DNA from: a virus | DNA: 64,000 nucleotides | Virus record (IMG/VR): IMGVR_UViG_3300033148_006964 | Span: 96,001-160,000 of that record | Strand: one strand, 5' to 3' | Shown: one piece after another, positions 1 through 8,719 of the stretch | Position numbering within the stretch: position 1 is the first letter of the stretch | Layout of the letters: each line of letters opens with the position of its first letter | The notes under the pieces: model-generated | Told to the model about the DNA's origin: nothing | What the model saw: the letters and a program-made list of their open reading frames with translations, nothing else | Databases searched by the model: none | Made by a program: the position numbers and the translations under genes

Positions 1-3
1 AAA

Positions 4-29
4 ACTACCCACATTAAAATGTGGGTAGT
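4..29 (-). terminator. Rho-independent terminator
   Basis: Perfect 11-bp stem ACTACCCACAT/ATGTGGGTAGT, followed by T-tract on minus strand, just past the stop of ORF 56..367. Confidence 0.75.
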
Positions 30-55
30 GAATTTATTTGTAAAGCAAATTAAAA

Positions 56-367
56 TTAACTCATATTTTTTAAATCTGAATTTTCTTTCTTTAACTGTTT
101 AATTTCTTTAACTAAATCAGTCGGTGTAGGTTTTCTTAATTCGTCTTTTGTAATTAATTCATGATTACCTTTAATCGCTCCACAGCATACATCTTCAGGG
201 CTTATTTTTCCATCTTTTATAAGATCACTTAAAGCGATACTTACTTTTGGAGATTCTGTATTTGTACTAATTAATTTAACTCCTTCACCATCCTTGATAA
301 TAAAAGTTAGTAATCTTCCTTTTCCTCTTGTGTTTTTTACAGGTTCTTCTGAGTTACCATGTCCCAT
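56..367 (-). CDS. hypothetical protein
   Basis: 103-aa ORF with AGGAG RBS upstream; no recognisable domain. Confidence 0.7.
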   Translation of the reverse strand: MGHGNSEEPVKNTRGKGRLLTFIIKDGEGVKLISTNTESPKVSIALSDLIKDGKISPEDVCCGAIKGNHELITKDELRKPTPTDLVKEIKQLKKENSDLKNMS

Positions 368-413
368 TGTGTTACTCCTTCAATAAAGTTAAAAAAAATC
401 CTATTATAGGATG

Positions 414-668
414 TTAATTCTTTTTTCTTGCCCAACTTATTATAAGTTTGCGAGACCTAATGTTTAAATCGTTATTATTTTCAATTGCATTTATAGCATC
501 CTGATCTTCAGCCATTGTAACAAAACCAAACCCTTTAGATTTTTTGGTTTCCTTGTCCTTAACAATAAAAGCCTCTTCTACAGATCCAACATTAGTTTCA
601 AAAACTTCTTTTAATTCATTCGCAGTAGTATCATAAGGAATGTTTCCTATGTATAACTTTTTTGCCAT
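414..668 (-). CDS. RNA-binding protein, single RRM domain
   Basis: MAKKLYIGNI (RNP2) and KSKGFGFV (RNP1); start moved to ATG 668 behind an AAAGGA RBS. Confidence 0.92.
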   Translation of the reverse strand: MAKKLYIGNIPYDTTANELKEVFETNVGSVEEAFIVKDKETKKSKGFGFVTMAEDQDAINAIENNNDLNIRSRKLIISWARKKN

Positions 669-810
669 GTTTTTACATCCTTTAAATGAAGAGAAAGAAA
701 AAGAGAGAGAAATTAAAACCTCTCCCTCTTCTTCTAACAGCAAATGGCCAATTAAGACCAATTAGTACTTTTAAATAAAAAAAAATATGTTATTTATTTC
801 ATTCAATATA

Positions 811-839
811 GTTATATCATAAACATAGTAAAAATAACA
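811..839 (-). promoter_or_regulatory. phage promoter motif copy 1 (TGTTAT-N17-TATAAC)
   Basis: Same spacing and extended -10 (TGn) as nine other intergenic copies. Confidence 0.7.
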
Positions 840-856
840 TATATTTTTTATTTTTA

Positions 857-1468
857 TTAAAGAAAACTTTTACTAACTCCATCAACAAGAGACCTTAATG
901 TTCCAGGGACATATGCATTTTTACCATATGCTATTAACCTTTTAGCTGTCTTACAACCTTCGGGTGAAGTTGCTTTTTTAGCTAAAAGTTTTATGCAAAA
1001 ATTCATATCATCCGCTTCTCCAGCTGATAACGACATACGCGGTATAATAAAATTAGCAGCATCTTTACTTTTCATAGCCGACCTTTTAATATACCCCATT
1101 TCAATAGCGCCAAGAATACGATCAAACTCTTTAGGATTTTTATTAAATCTTTTCTTCATACGATTAATGACTCTTGGATTTATTCTAAATTCCAATGTTT
1201 TATCTTTTAATCGTTCGTTATAACGTTTTTCTTTATCTTTATTTGAAGTACCTTTGGCAATATACTTCATATCCTTCATAGTTAGAACTGAATCTGAAGG
1301 ATCACTATAAAAATATTCTACTCTTGCATAATCTTTTTGGATTAATTTTGTTATGTAGAATTTAGAATAACGGTTTGGATAAAGACTAACGAGCTTGGCG
1401 TATTCTTCAACTAGTTTATAAGGCATTCTTTCTCTTTTTAAACTAGAATCTTTTTTTTTAATCTGCAT
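857..1468 (-). CDS. hypothetical basic protein
   Basis: 203-aa ORF, RBS present. Confidence 0.7.
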   Translation of the reverse strand: MQIKKKDSSLKRERMPYKLVEEYAKLVSLYPNRYSKFYITKLIQKDYARVEYFYSDPSDSVLTMKDMKYIAKGTSNKDKEKRYNERLKDKTLEFRINPRVINRMKKRFNKNPKEFDRILGAIEMGYIKRSAMKSKDAANFIIPRMSLSAGEADDMNFCIKLLAKKATSPEGCKTAKRLIAYGKNAYVPGTLRSLVDGVSKSFL

Positions 1469-1476
1469 ATTTGCTC

Positions 1477-1953
1477 CTATCTGTTTAATGCTCCATTTAA
1501 ATAAGTGGTGATATCAAAAAGAGACGCCTTTATAGCAACAATATCATTGCTGGTTTTATTAAAGTTAGCATTATTTTCATCAATACTAGCTTTTATATTT
1601 TCAAAATCAGGCATCATAGGGATGATATCATCCTTCTTATTAAGCTTTGTTCCGGCAACTTTTTTTGGCCGAATTTTATTACGGTCTTTTCCTCTCCAAT
1701 ATTCACGATTATACATTGCAATTTGTTTTGCTGTATCTATAGTAGGTTTTACGGTATTCCATACATAACGATCGTTAACCTTTTTAACGATATTATGTTT
1801 AATAAGAATTGTGCCCTTTATATTATTAAGACCTTTAACAAATTTAGTTGTTGAACTAATCTTGTTAGCTGTCAACAACTTTACTAAACCTTTAAGTTGA
1901 GTTAATAATTCTTTTATTTTTTCAGGCTGGAAAGGCTTTTCTTTTGTAGTCAT
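1477..1953 (-). CDS. hypothetical protein
   Basis: 158-aa ORF, AGGAG RBS. Confidence 0.7.
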   Translation of the reverse strand: MTTKEKPFQPEKIKELLTQLKGLVKLLTANKISSTTKFVKGLNNIKGTILIKHNIVKKVNDRYVWNTVKPTIDTAKQIAMYNREYWRGKDRNKIRPKKVAGTKLNKKDDIIPMMPDFENIKASIDENNANFNKTSNDIVAIKASLFDITTYLNGALNR

Positions 1954-2028
1954 AATATGACTCCTTTTTTTAATAAAAAAAGCAAGCTAGTAAATACTAA
2001 CTTGCTTTTTAGTTCTTAGATTAATAAA

Positions 2029-3831
2029 TTATTTTTGTTTGGTTAAAATCTTATCCATTTCTTTTGGACCCTTTTGTAGTACCCTGGCTAACTGTGAAAG
2101 ACTTATTGAAAGATCTTCTTTTAATATTAAAGCTTTAAGAATTATCTCATCAATAGTTTTACTTAATATTAAATCTATTATAGTAACCTTTTCTTTCTGC
2201 CCCTTTCTATGTTGCCTACTTTCGGACTGATCTCTTTCTCTCCAAGAGTAAGAATTGTTAAAATATATTTGATAATTTGAAAAATGTATGTTTAAACCAA
2301 CGCCCATCTTAGACGGGTTAGCTATCATATACGGAATATTTGGATTTTTAAATTTTTCGACTTGATCAAAAGCATCTTGAGTTTTATAACAAGTTAAAAA
2401 CTTATTAGCTCCAAACGCAAACGTAAAAGCCTTTGATAAAAGATCTATAGAATGAATATAACTACTCCATATTATCACTTTACGATTGCTTGGAATATTA
2501 TTTAAAACTTGTATTAATAATTTTATTTTTGGGTTTTCATTTAAAGTGATAATATTTGTATCATTTTTTTTACGCCCTTCATTGTCAACTTTTATACGAG
2601 TGTTCATATAAAATCCGCATGCGATCTGACGTAATTTACCTGCTAAAACTAACGCATTTTTTGCTATTAGTTCGTCTTCGCATGATCTATCACAATTTTC
2701 TTTTTTATTGCAATGATCACACATATTTTTTACAATACCTACTAAATCATCCTTCATTTCATTATAAAGTTTTGCCTGCCCCGGAGCCATATCACATTCA
2801 TACCGTTGATATATTATAGGAGGAAGGTCAAGACATTCTTCTTTTTTAAATGCTACCGATGCATTGCCTATAATTTTTTGTACTAACATTTCTGAACCAG
2901 GATTAGGAACCCAGATATATCCGTCAGGATCTACAGTGCGCATCGTTTGCCTTCTAAACTCATCAAACTTAGCATATGGCACAGTATCTGGCCCCATAAA
3001 TCTAAATGGCATATAAAATGACATCATATTATTAGCATGTAGTGTGCCGGTAACTATATATTTAAATCTACTATTTTCAAATTGTTTAATAATAGATTTT
3101 GTTTGTCTTGATCGTGGTGAACCTATTCTATGAGCTTCATCAAGTATTACTAAGTCAAAATATTTATCATTTATCATCTCTACTACACTAAACATAGATT
3201 CGTAATTAGCAATATAAATATCATAATCAATATTTTTACTTTTAATTTTATAAGTTTTATTTAATATATTATTTGATTGAACCTTTTTATTAAGAATTAC
3301 ACATTTTAAATGTGGAATTTGAATTTTAGCTTCAGCTAATATGTTTTTCTTTAAAGGAGATAGTGTTACAATAAGAGCTCTTTTAACTTTTCCTTGCTGT
3401 ATTTTTTTATCAATAGCCCATAAGTATGGCCCCGTTTTGCATGTTCCAGGATCAGCTAATATAGCTGCGATATTACAATTAGTCATAATATTATACATAA
3501 CAACTTGATGATCTAAAATTTTATCATACACACCTTTATAATCATAATTAAAATTATTAGGTTTCTTATAATCGTTTCTACATTTAATAATAGTAGCTTT
3601 ACGAGTTTTAATATTTTTAATAATATTCATTACAAGTTCTTTAACACCTTCGCCCCACTCAATGCCATATTTAGAATATCTAAATATTTTAGGGCCAGAT
3701 TTGAATGGAATTAAGATTTGATTAAGTCTATAAACCTTACTCCCATCCATCCTGGCTTGCATGTCCTCTAATAATTTTTTATCAGTACATGAGATTAACA
3801 ACCTTTTATCATCTGCAATTTTTATTCTCAT
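2029..3831 (-). CDS. SNF2-family (superfamily 2) helicase/ATPase
   Basis: ADPGTCKT (motif I), VILDEAHRI (DEAH), VTGTL, GVGLNIHF, QSESRQHRKGQ (motif VI). Confidence 0.9.
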   Translation of the reverse strand: MRIKIADDKRLLISCTDKKLLEDMQARMDGSKVYRLNQILIPFKSGPKIFRYSKYGIEWGEGVKELVMNIIKNIKTRKATIIKCRNDYKKPNNFNYDYKGVYDKILDHQVVMYNIMTNCNIAAILADPGTCKTGPYLWAIDKKIQQGKVKRALIVTLSPLKKNILAEAKIQIPHLKCVILNKKVQSNNILNKTYKIKSKNIDYDIYIANYESMFSVVEMINDKYFDLVILDEAHRIGSPRSRQTKSIIKQFENSRFKYIVTGTLHANNMMSFYMPFRFMGPDTVPYAKFDEFRRQTMRTVDPDGYIWVPNPGSEMLVQKIIGNASVAFKKEECLDLPPIIYQRYECDMAPGQAKLYNEMKDDLVGIVKNMCDHCNKKENCDRSCEDELIAKNALVLAGKLRQIACGFYMNTRIKVDNEGRKKNDTNIITLNENPKIKLLIQVLNNIPSNRKVIIWSSYIHSIDLLSKAFTFAFGANKFLTCYKTQDAFDQVEKFKNPNIPYMIANPSKMGVGLNIHFSNYQIYFNNSYSWRERDQSESRQHRKGQKEKVTIIDLILSKTIDEIILKALILKEDLSISLSQLARVLQKGPKEMDKILTKQK

Positions 3832-3834
3832 AAG

Positions 3835-4317
3835 CTACACCCAATTGAAGAAACCAGTTTTTAAATGATTATTTTCTACTATACCTACAAATTGTAGGGT
3901 TTTATCTATACTCCATCTTTTAATATCAACAGTAAATCTATATTCTGTGCCTCCATTACTATTTTTAGATGGTTCTGCTTTAAATTCTCCATTTTTTCTT
4001 GCGTTTGCTAATAAAGTTATTATAAATGATTTCATATTAGATGCTAAAAGTAATGATTCGCTTGGAGCATCTTCTTTAAAAACATCTTTATAAATAATGC
4101 TATATTCAAGAGCTAGTTTTTCTAACCGTTCATTAATTTGTTTAAAAGCATGAGCGGTAAACTCTATACCAAACCCTCCATCACTTTCTGGTGATACTAA
4201 ATTTTCTTTAAAATCTGCTATAAGTCTTTTTTTATTATGCAGTTCTATTTCTAAAGAAGCAATCCTGCTTATAGCTTCTGCATATTGAATATATAAATCT
4301 TCTAGTTCTATCATCAT
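3835..4317 (-). CDS. hypothetical protein
   Basis: 160-aa ORF translationally coupled to neighbours. Confidence 0.7.
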   Translation of the reverse strand: MMIELEDLYIQYAEAISRIASLEIELHNKKRLIADFKENLVSPESDGGFGIEFTAHAFKQINERLEKLALEYSIIYKDVFKEDAPSESLLLASNMKSFIITLLANARKNGEFKAEPSKNSNGGTEYRFTVDIKRWSIDKTLQFVGIVENNHLKTGFFNWV

Positions 4318-5021
4318 TGCTCCTCGAAAATAATAATTTCGTAGTCATATTCTTCACTTTTTAAGGTTCCGATATATTTATAATTAATAATAAGCTTTTG
4401 TCTACAACTAAGAAAATCAATTACCCCTTTTACAGGATGTGTCCTTACTCCATTTGGCATTTTTTCAAGTGAAAAAATAAATTTTGATGAATTTGCTTTT
4501 GGTGCTATATATGCATATAAAAATCCTTCTTCTACTACTAGATTATTAACTAAACCAAACGAAAGAGTAATGTTATTTATTTTTTTATCTAAATGTTTAT
4601 TTAAATAAGATTTAGGTATAACACATCTTCCGCTTAAAGTAAAATACGGTACTTGTAATTCAGATATTTTTTTAGTATGTATTTTAATTGGTAAAGAAAA
4701 ATCAAGTGGTTTTATTTTAAAAAGCTCATTTTTATTTAAGCTGATTCTATCAATATAATATTTTATTCGTTTTCCAACATAAGGTATTAAACATTGTGGG
4801 GTTCTTATTTTAACGCTTTTATTAATATTAATTTTAGACCATTTTCGGCCCAATGTTTCAAGCATTGAATTATCCGGTCTGTAAACACAGATACACGCAG
4901 AATCTTCTTGCTCTAATTCTACGTTAAATCTTAAGTAGCTTATTTTTAATAATAATATTTTTTCAATAATTTCTTGATCATATATTGTAAAATAGTGACT
5001 TTTAATTTTACATTCTTCCAT
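4314..5021 (-). CDS. hypothetical protein
   Basis: 235-aa ORF, GGAGG RBS. Confidence 0.7.
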   Translation of the reverse strand: MEECKIKSHYFTIYDQEIIEKILLLKISYLRFNVELEQEDSACICVYRPDNSMLETLGRKWSKININKSVKIRTPQCLIPYVGKRIKYYIDRISLNKNELFKIKPLDFSLPIKIHTKKISELQVPYFTLSGRCVIPKSYLNKHLDKKINNITLSFGLVNNLVVEEGFLYAYIAPKANSSKFIFSLEKMPNGVRTHPVKGVIDFLSCRQKLIINYKYIGTLKSEEYDYEIIIFEEQ

Positions 5022-5043
5022 ATTTCCTCCGTAATTATAAAGA

Positions 5044-5072
5044 GGGGCGCTAACGTTTAAAACGGCGCCCCA
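5044..5072. terminator. GC-rich hairpin, possibly bidirectional terminator
   Basis: GGGGCGC...GCGCCCC stem; T-tract on plus side. Confidence 0.55.
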
Positions 5073-5233
5073 CTTTTTTAATTAGTTTACAAGCCAACTT
5101 GATAGCTTCATCTATTACAATTGAATACGTACATATAAAAGCAGATCTATAGGCCGTGTAAAATAATATAGATCGCATAAACTCCCCTTTAATAGGCAAC
5201 ATTGCCTCGGGAGATAATATTGCTAATATAGAG

Positions 5234-7348
5234 TTATGCGTTTAAGAAATTACCTTTTTCAATCTCTTCTTTAGTAAAAGCATCGAACTTACCCTTCCTT
5301 TTAATTTTTGAAATTAAATCTAATTCTTCATTAGTTAATTCCATTTTTTTCCATTCTAATAAAGATTTCATTGAACTTTGTGAAATTGAAAAAAAAGCCA
5401 TTAATTCTCTTATATCAACTTTCTTTTTTAATAAAAGGGTAGCCGCTTTTGAAGAATCGAATTCACGAGATTCAGCAATGTAAAAATCAAGCGCAGCATG
5501 TTCATCTATTGAAATGCGATCAGAACAATTCTTAACAAATTTTTTACAAAGACTGGTTAATCTACTATTTTCAGCTTTATTAGCTTCAATTCTTTTCCAT
5601 GCAGCTTGGCAATCCTCAATATCACTTATTATAAACTTATAAGGATCATCGATATTGTTAATAAAGTTTTTATTAAATAACGGGCATCTTCCGTCCTCAC
5701 CTATATGACAATAATGACAATATTCATTTCTTATTGGTTGGAAAGCTGTACCGTCATCTTTTAACATTTCTTTTTCAATTTTTTGTATTGAATCGTCTAT
5801 CCATTTAAGAGCTCTTTCTTTTGCAGCTTCTACATTTGGGACTTCATATTCAACAGTTTTTCCGTATCTTATGTAATTAATACGTAAGATTATTTTATTG
5901 TATTTATTGTCACCAAGAAGTTTACTTACTAACAATAAATATACAAGCATTTGCATATCTTCCTGAAGTTGGCGTTGTGTCAACATAGTTCTGGACGACT
6001 TATAATCGGTAATTATTACATAATCACCATAATAATCTATTACATCAACTATGCCTCTAAAAAAAGTTTTATTAGAATAGAAGTCTTTTAATCTATTCCA
6101 ATCTTTATCAAATGCTAATTTCATTTCAGTTACATTTACATCGCCTGGAGTAAGCGAAAAATCATGAGTCTTAGCAAATTTATACATAATTACTTTAACA
6201 TCATTAATAATATCAGTATCTATACATTTAAATAAATTTAAAGCATCCTGTATTATAAAATCATATGATTCATAATCAGGCATAGATGGGATCTCGTATG
6301 AATCATGTTTTATATCTTGATCCATCTTATATGTCATATCAGCTAAACCTTTGGTATTTTCAAAGATTTTTTTTATTTCTTTTGGATTATCATATAAAAA
6401 TATTCCAAAATCTTTATTATTAATATCTTTTAAAGGTTTATTAAAATCATTAGAAAGTTCTTTTAAAACTTCAGCGTTTATAGATAATTTTCTTGAATTC
6501 GCAAAAGAAACAAACTTATTAGCAAATAATTCACGATTACACCACTTGCCTGCCCATTCTGCTATTTTATGACAAATTGATCCTGTGGTTAAATAATTTA
6601 TTTGTGGCTGTTTAATCTTTTTAATATATTGCATATACCATTTGAACGGACATTGATTAAATAAATTTATTCTTGAAAACGAATAAGCTTGAGTAGTAAA
6701 CATCTTTCTATCATTTTCATCAGGAATTATTCCCATACTTTTAAAATCACTACTTGATACCATTTGAACATTTTCTTTATCTTTTGAAATCATCATATTA
6801 GTAGTATTAGCCTGTGCAAAAAGAGGAGTTTCTTCATGGCGTTCTTTTTCTTTTGCTTCATTTGCCTTCATTTTTACAAATAACTCTATTGTTTTTTCAG
6901 TATCATATTCAGCACCATGAGATTTAGAGTCGTCCCATTTAATTCCATTTTTTTTACAAGCTGCTTTTAAATTATTTCTACCACGACTTTTTTTACGGCA
7001 CATAACTAATGTATCTTCAATATATTTTGGTTTTATTTTTAAAAATCCAAGATCAAATTTAATTATATTGTGACCAACAAGAGTTCTTTGATTAATAAAC
7101 TTTGCCACTTTCTGATGTACACCGTCTTTAAGATAACTTGGTTCATCTTTTACCATTTCATAAGTAATACCATGAATTTCAGTTACTTTATGAGGTATAT
7201 ATCCAGCAATAGGTCTGCATCTTTGAACTATTCTTTCTCCACAATTTCCATCTAAATCAAATTCTATTGCAGTTACTTCTACAATTTCATCTAATTCAGA
7301 TTGAAGTCCTGTTGTTTCTGTATCTGCAGCTACATAAGGATATCTCAT
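5234..7348 (-). CDS. DEDDh 3'-5' exonuclease (DnaQ-like) fused to PD-(D/E)XK RecB/Cas4-like nuclease
   Basis: N-term ADTETTG, LVGHNIIKFD, HGAEYD; C-term YSFSRINLFNQCPFKWY, GIVDVID, ITDYKS, QMLVY, CHYCH...CP (four Cys). Confidence 0.85.
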   Translation of the reverse strand: MRYPYVAADTETTGLQSELDEIVEVTAIEFDLDGNCGERIVQRCRPIAGYIPHKVTEIHGITYEMVKDEPSYLKDGVHQKVAKFINQRTLVGHNIIKFDLGFLKIKPKYIEDTLVMCRKKSRGRNNLKAACKKNGIKWDDSKSHGAEYDTEKTIELFVKMKANEAKEKERHEETPLFAQANTTNMMISKDKENVQMVSSSDFKSMGIIPDENDRKMFTTQAYSFSRINLFNQCPFKWYMQYIKKIKQPQINYLTTGSICHKIAEWAGKWCNRELFANKFVSFANSRKLSINAEVLKELSNDFNKPLKDINNKDFGIFLYDNPKEIKKIFENTKGLADMTYKMDQDIKHDSYEIPSMPDYESYDFIIQDALNLFKCIDTDIINDVKVIMYKFAKTHDFSLTPGDVNVTEMKLAFDKDWNRLKDFYSNKTFFRGIVDVIDYYGDYVIITDYKSSRTMLTQRQLQEDMQMLVYLLLVSKLLGDNKYNKIILRINYIRYGKTVEYEVPNVEAAKERALKWIDDSIQKIEKEMLKDDGTAFQPIRNEYCHYCHIGEDGRCPLFNKNFINNIDDPYKFIISDIEDCQAAWKRIEANKAENSRLTSLCKKFVKNCSDRISIDEHAALDFYIAESREFDSSKAATLLLKKKVDIRELMAFFSISQSSMKSLLEWKKMELTNEELDLISKIKRKGKFDAFTKEEIEKGNFLNA

Positions 7349-7779
7349 TAAAACTCTCCTTCTTTCATATCATTTATAAAGCTTTGAATTTTATCATTTA
7401 AAACTACACATGCCTTAACATCATCAATAGATTTACTAGAACTTATTAGTTTAGACACTCCTGCTAACATAATCACCATTTCCAATTTATTAAAATCAGC
7501 TTTCACATTTGTAACTTCATTCCTTATTGAAACGCCATAACTTTTTTCTATTGAATTTTCAAGTTCTATCACTCTTTCATGAAAATTATTTTTTTCACTA
7601 CTGAGATTAGCGATTTGATTAAAATATTTATCTATAATATTAGTTTTTTGTTTAATTGTTTTGCACAAATCGTTAACATGCTCTTCCTTTTTTTTATTTA
7701 ATAAAATTAATCGTATGCAACTAGCTATAAGATAAATCAAAATTACTATGCTAAAAATTAAAATTAAATTATAAGGCAT
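7348..7779 (-). CDS. membrane-anchored hypothetical protein
   Basis: N-terminal hydrophobic helix followed by coiled coil. Confidence 0.65.
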   Translation of the reverse strand: MPYNLILIFSIVILIYLIASCIRLILLNKKKEEHVNDLCKTIKQKTNIIDKYFNQIANLSSEKNNFHERVIELENSIEKSYGVSIRNEVTNVKADFNKLEMVIMLAGVSKLISSSKSIDDVKACVVLNDKIQSFINDMKEGEF

Positions 7780-7790
7780 CTTGTCCCCTT

Positions 7791-8048
7791 TTATTTTAGA
7801 CTATCAAGATAAAAGTTATTTTTTTTTATCTTTTTATTTTTTGTTTTTACACTTATTGTATCGTTATGTTTTATATCTTGAAATGTCTTTAAAATCATAC
7901 TTATAACTACTCCATCAGAATTTTTAGGTTCCCCTAACCATTCAGTGCTATTTTGTAAAAAATCTTTTAAATCAATTTCTTCATTAACTTTTATAACTAA
8001 ATGAAAATTTGCAGATATATTTAAAGTTTTACTTTTTTTATGTGACAC
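7791..8048 (-). CDS. hypothetical protein
   Basis: 85-aa ORF, GGAGG RBS, GTG start. Confidence 0.6.
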   Translation of the reverse strand: MSHKKSKTLNISANFHLVIKVNEEIDLKDFLQNSTEWLGEPKNSDGVVISMILKTFQDIKHNDTISVKTKNKKIKKNNFYLDSLK

Positions 8049-8069
8049 TTTGTCCCTCCATATTATAAT

Positions 8070-8097
8070 GATATGGGCGTGAATTTACGCCCATATC
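8070..8097 (-). terminator. perfect 11-bp hairpin closing the structured region
   Basis: GATATGGGCGT/ACGCCCATATC; U-tract weak. Confidence 0.5.
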
Positions 8098-8719
8098 AAC
8101 CACAACTCGATAGATACATAAATAATTCTTGTAAAAGTTCGGTGCTAGTGTCGAAAATATTATTGTGCGATCTTTTTTGAGCGCAAAATATTTTCGACAA
8201 CAGGCGCAAGAACTATTACAATTATTATGTTATGCATTAATACTAATGCATACATTTGGTGAAACACCAAACAAAATACTTGTGGAAAAATATAACTAAA
8301 GATAGAGAATTCCGAATAGGTAAATCAGGTTCTTCTCTAGGAGCTTCATCCATTGGCTGAGGAGATGTTTTTCCTCTTCATTTGCGATCGATAAAATCGA
8401 AGCAAATGAAGAAGGTCCAACATCTACTAAGACTCCTGGATGAGCTCACTAGGAAGTACCGGCCAATTTACCGTCCAGTTAAAACATGCAATGCTGATGA
8501 AACATCAGCTAACATTCTTATATTATGCTCCACTTTAACAAACACAACTAAAATTGATATATGATAAAACCCAATGTTACAACGGTCCAGCTCCGTCAAT
8601 ACCGACGGGCTGGAAGCCGGCAAGGTATTGCGGGCGCGGACCTTGTAACGTTTGGATTTTTACAGATCCAATTATTTTGCAATATTCTTGTCGAAACAAC
8701 AAGTTAATTCTTGTGTTCT
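8070..8719 (-). ncRNA. candidate large structured non-coding RNA (~650 nt)
   Basis: No credible ORF; at least eight hairpins including 13-bp (8149-8161/8187-8199) and 10-bp (8376-8385/8402-8411) perfect cores and a kissing-loop junction; strand inferred from gene context and one G-U pair. Confidence 0.55.

Noticed and set aside
5234-7348. Cas4-like domain as a sign of a CRISPR system
   Set aside because: No repeat-spacer array or other cas genes in the window; such nucleases are common in phage recombination modules
8116-8230. Long hairpin resembling a retron msd
   Set aside because: No reverse transcriptase in the window and no msr/a1-a2 arrangement identifiable
8494-8500. CTGATGA, the hammerhead ribozyme core
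   Set aside because: It is paired inside a 7-bp hairpin, with no stem II followed by GAAA and no cleavage triplet in the right geometry
8070-8719. tmRNA, RNase P RNA or group I/II intron
   Set aside because: No tRNA-like ends, no GAGGAAAGUCC, no P7 or domain V consensus on either strand; flanking genes are not interrupted
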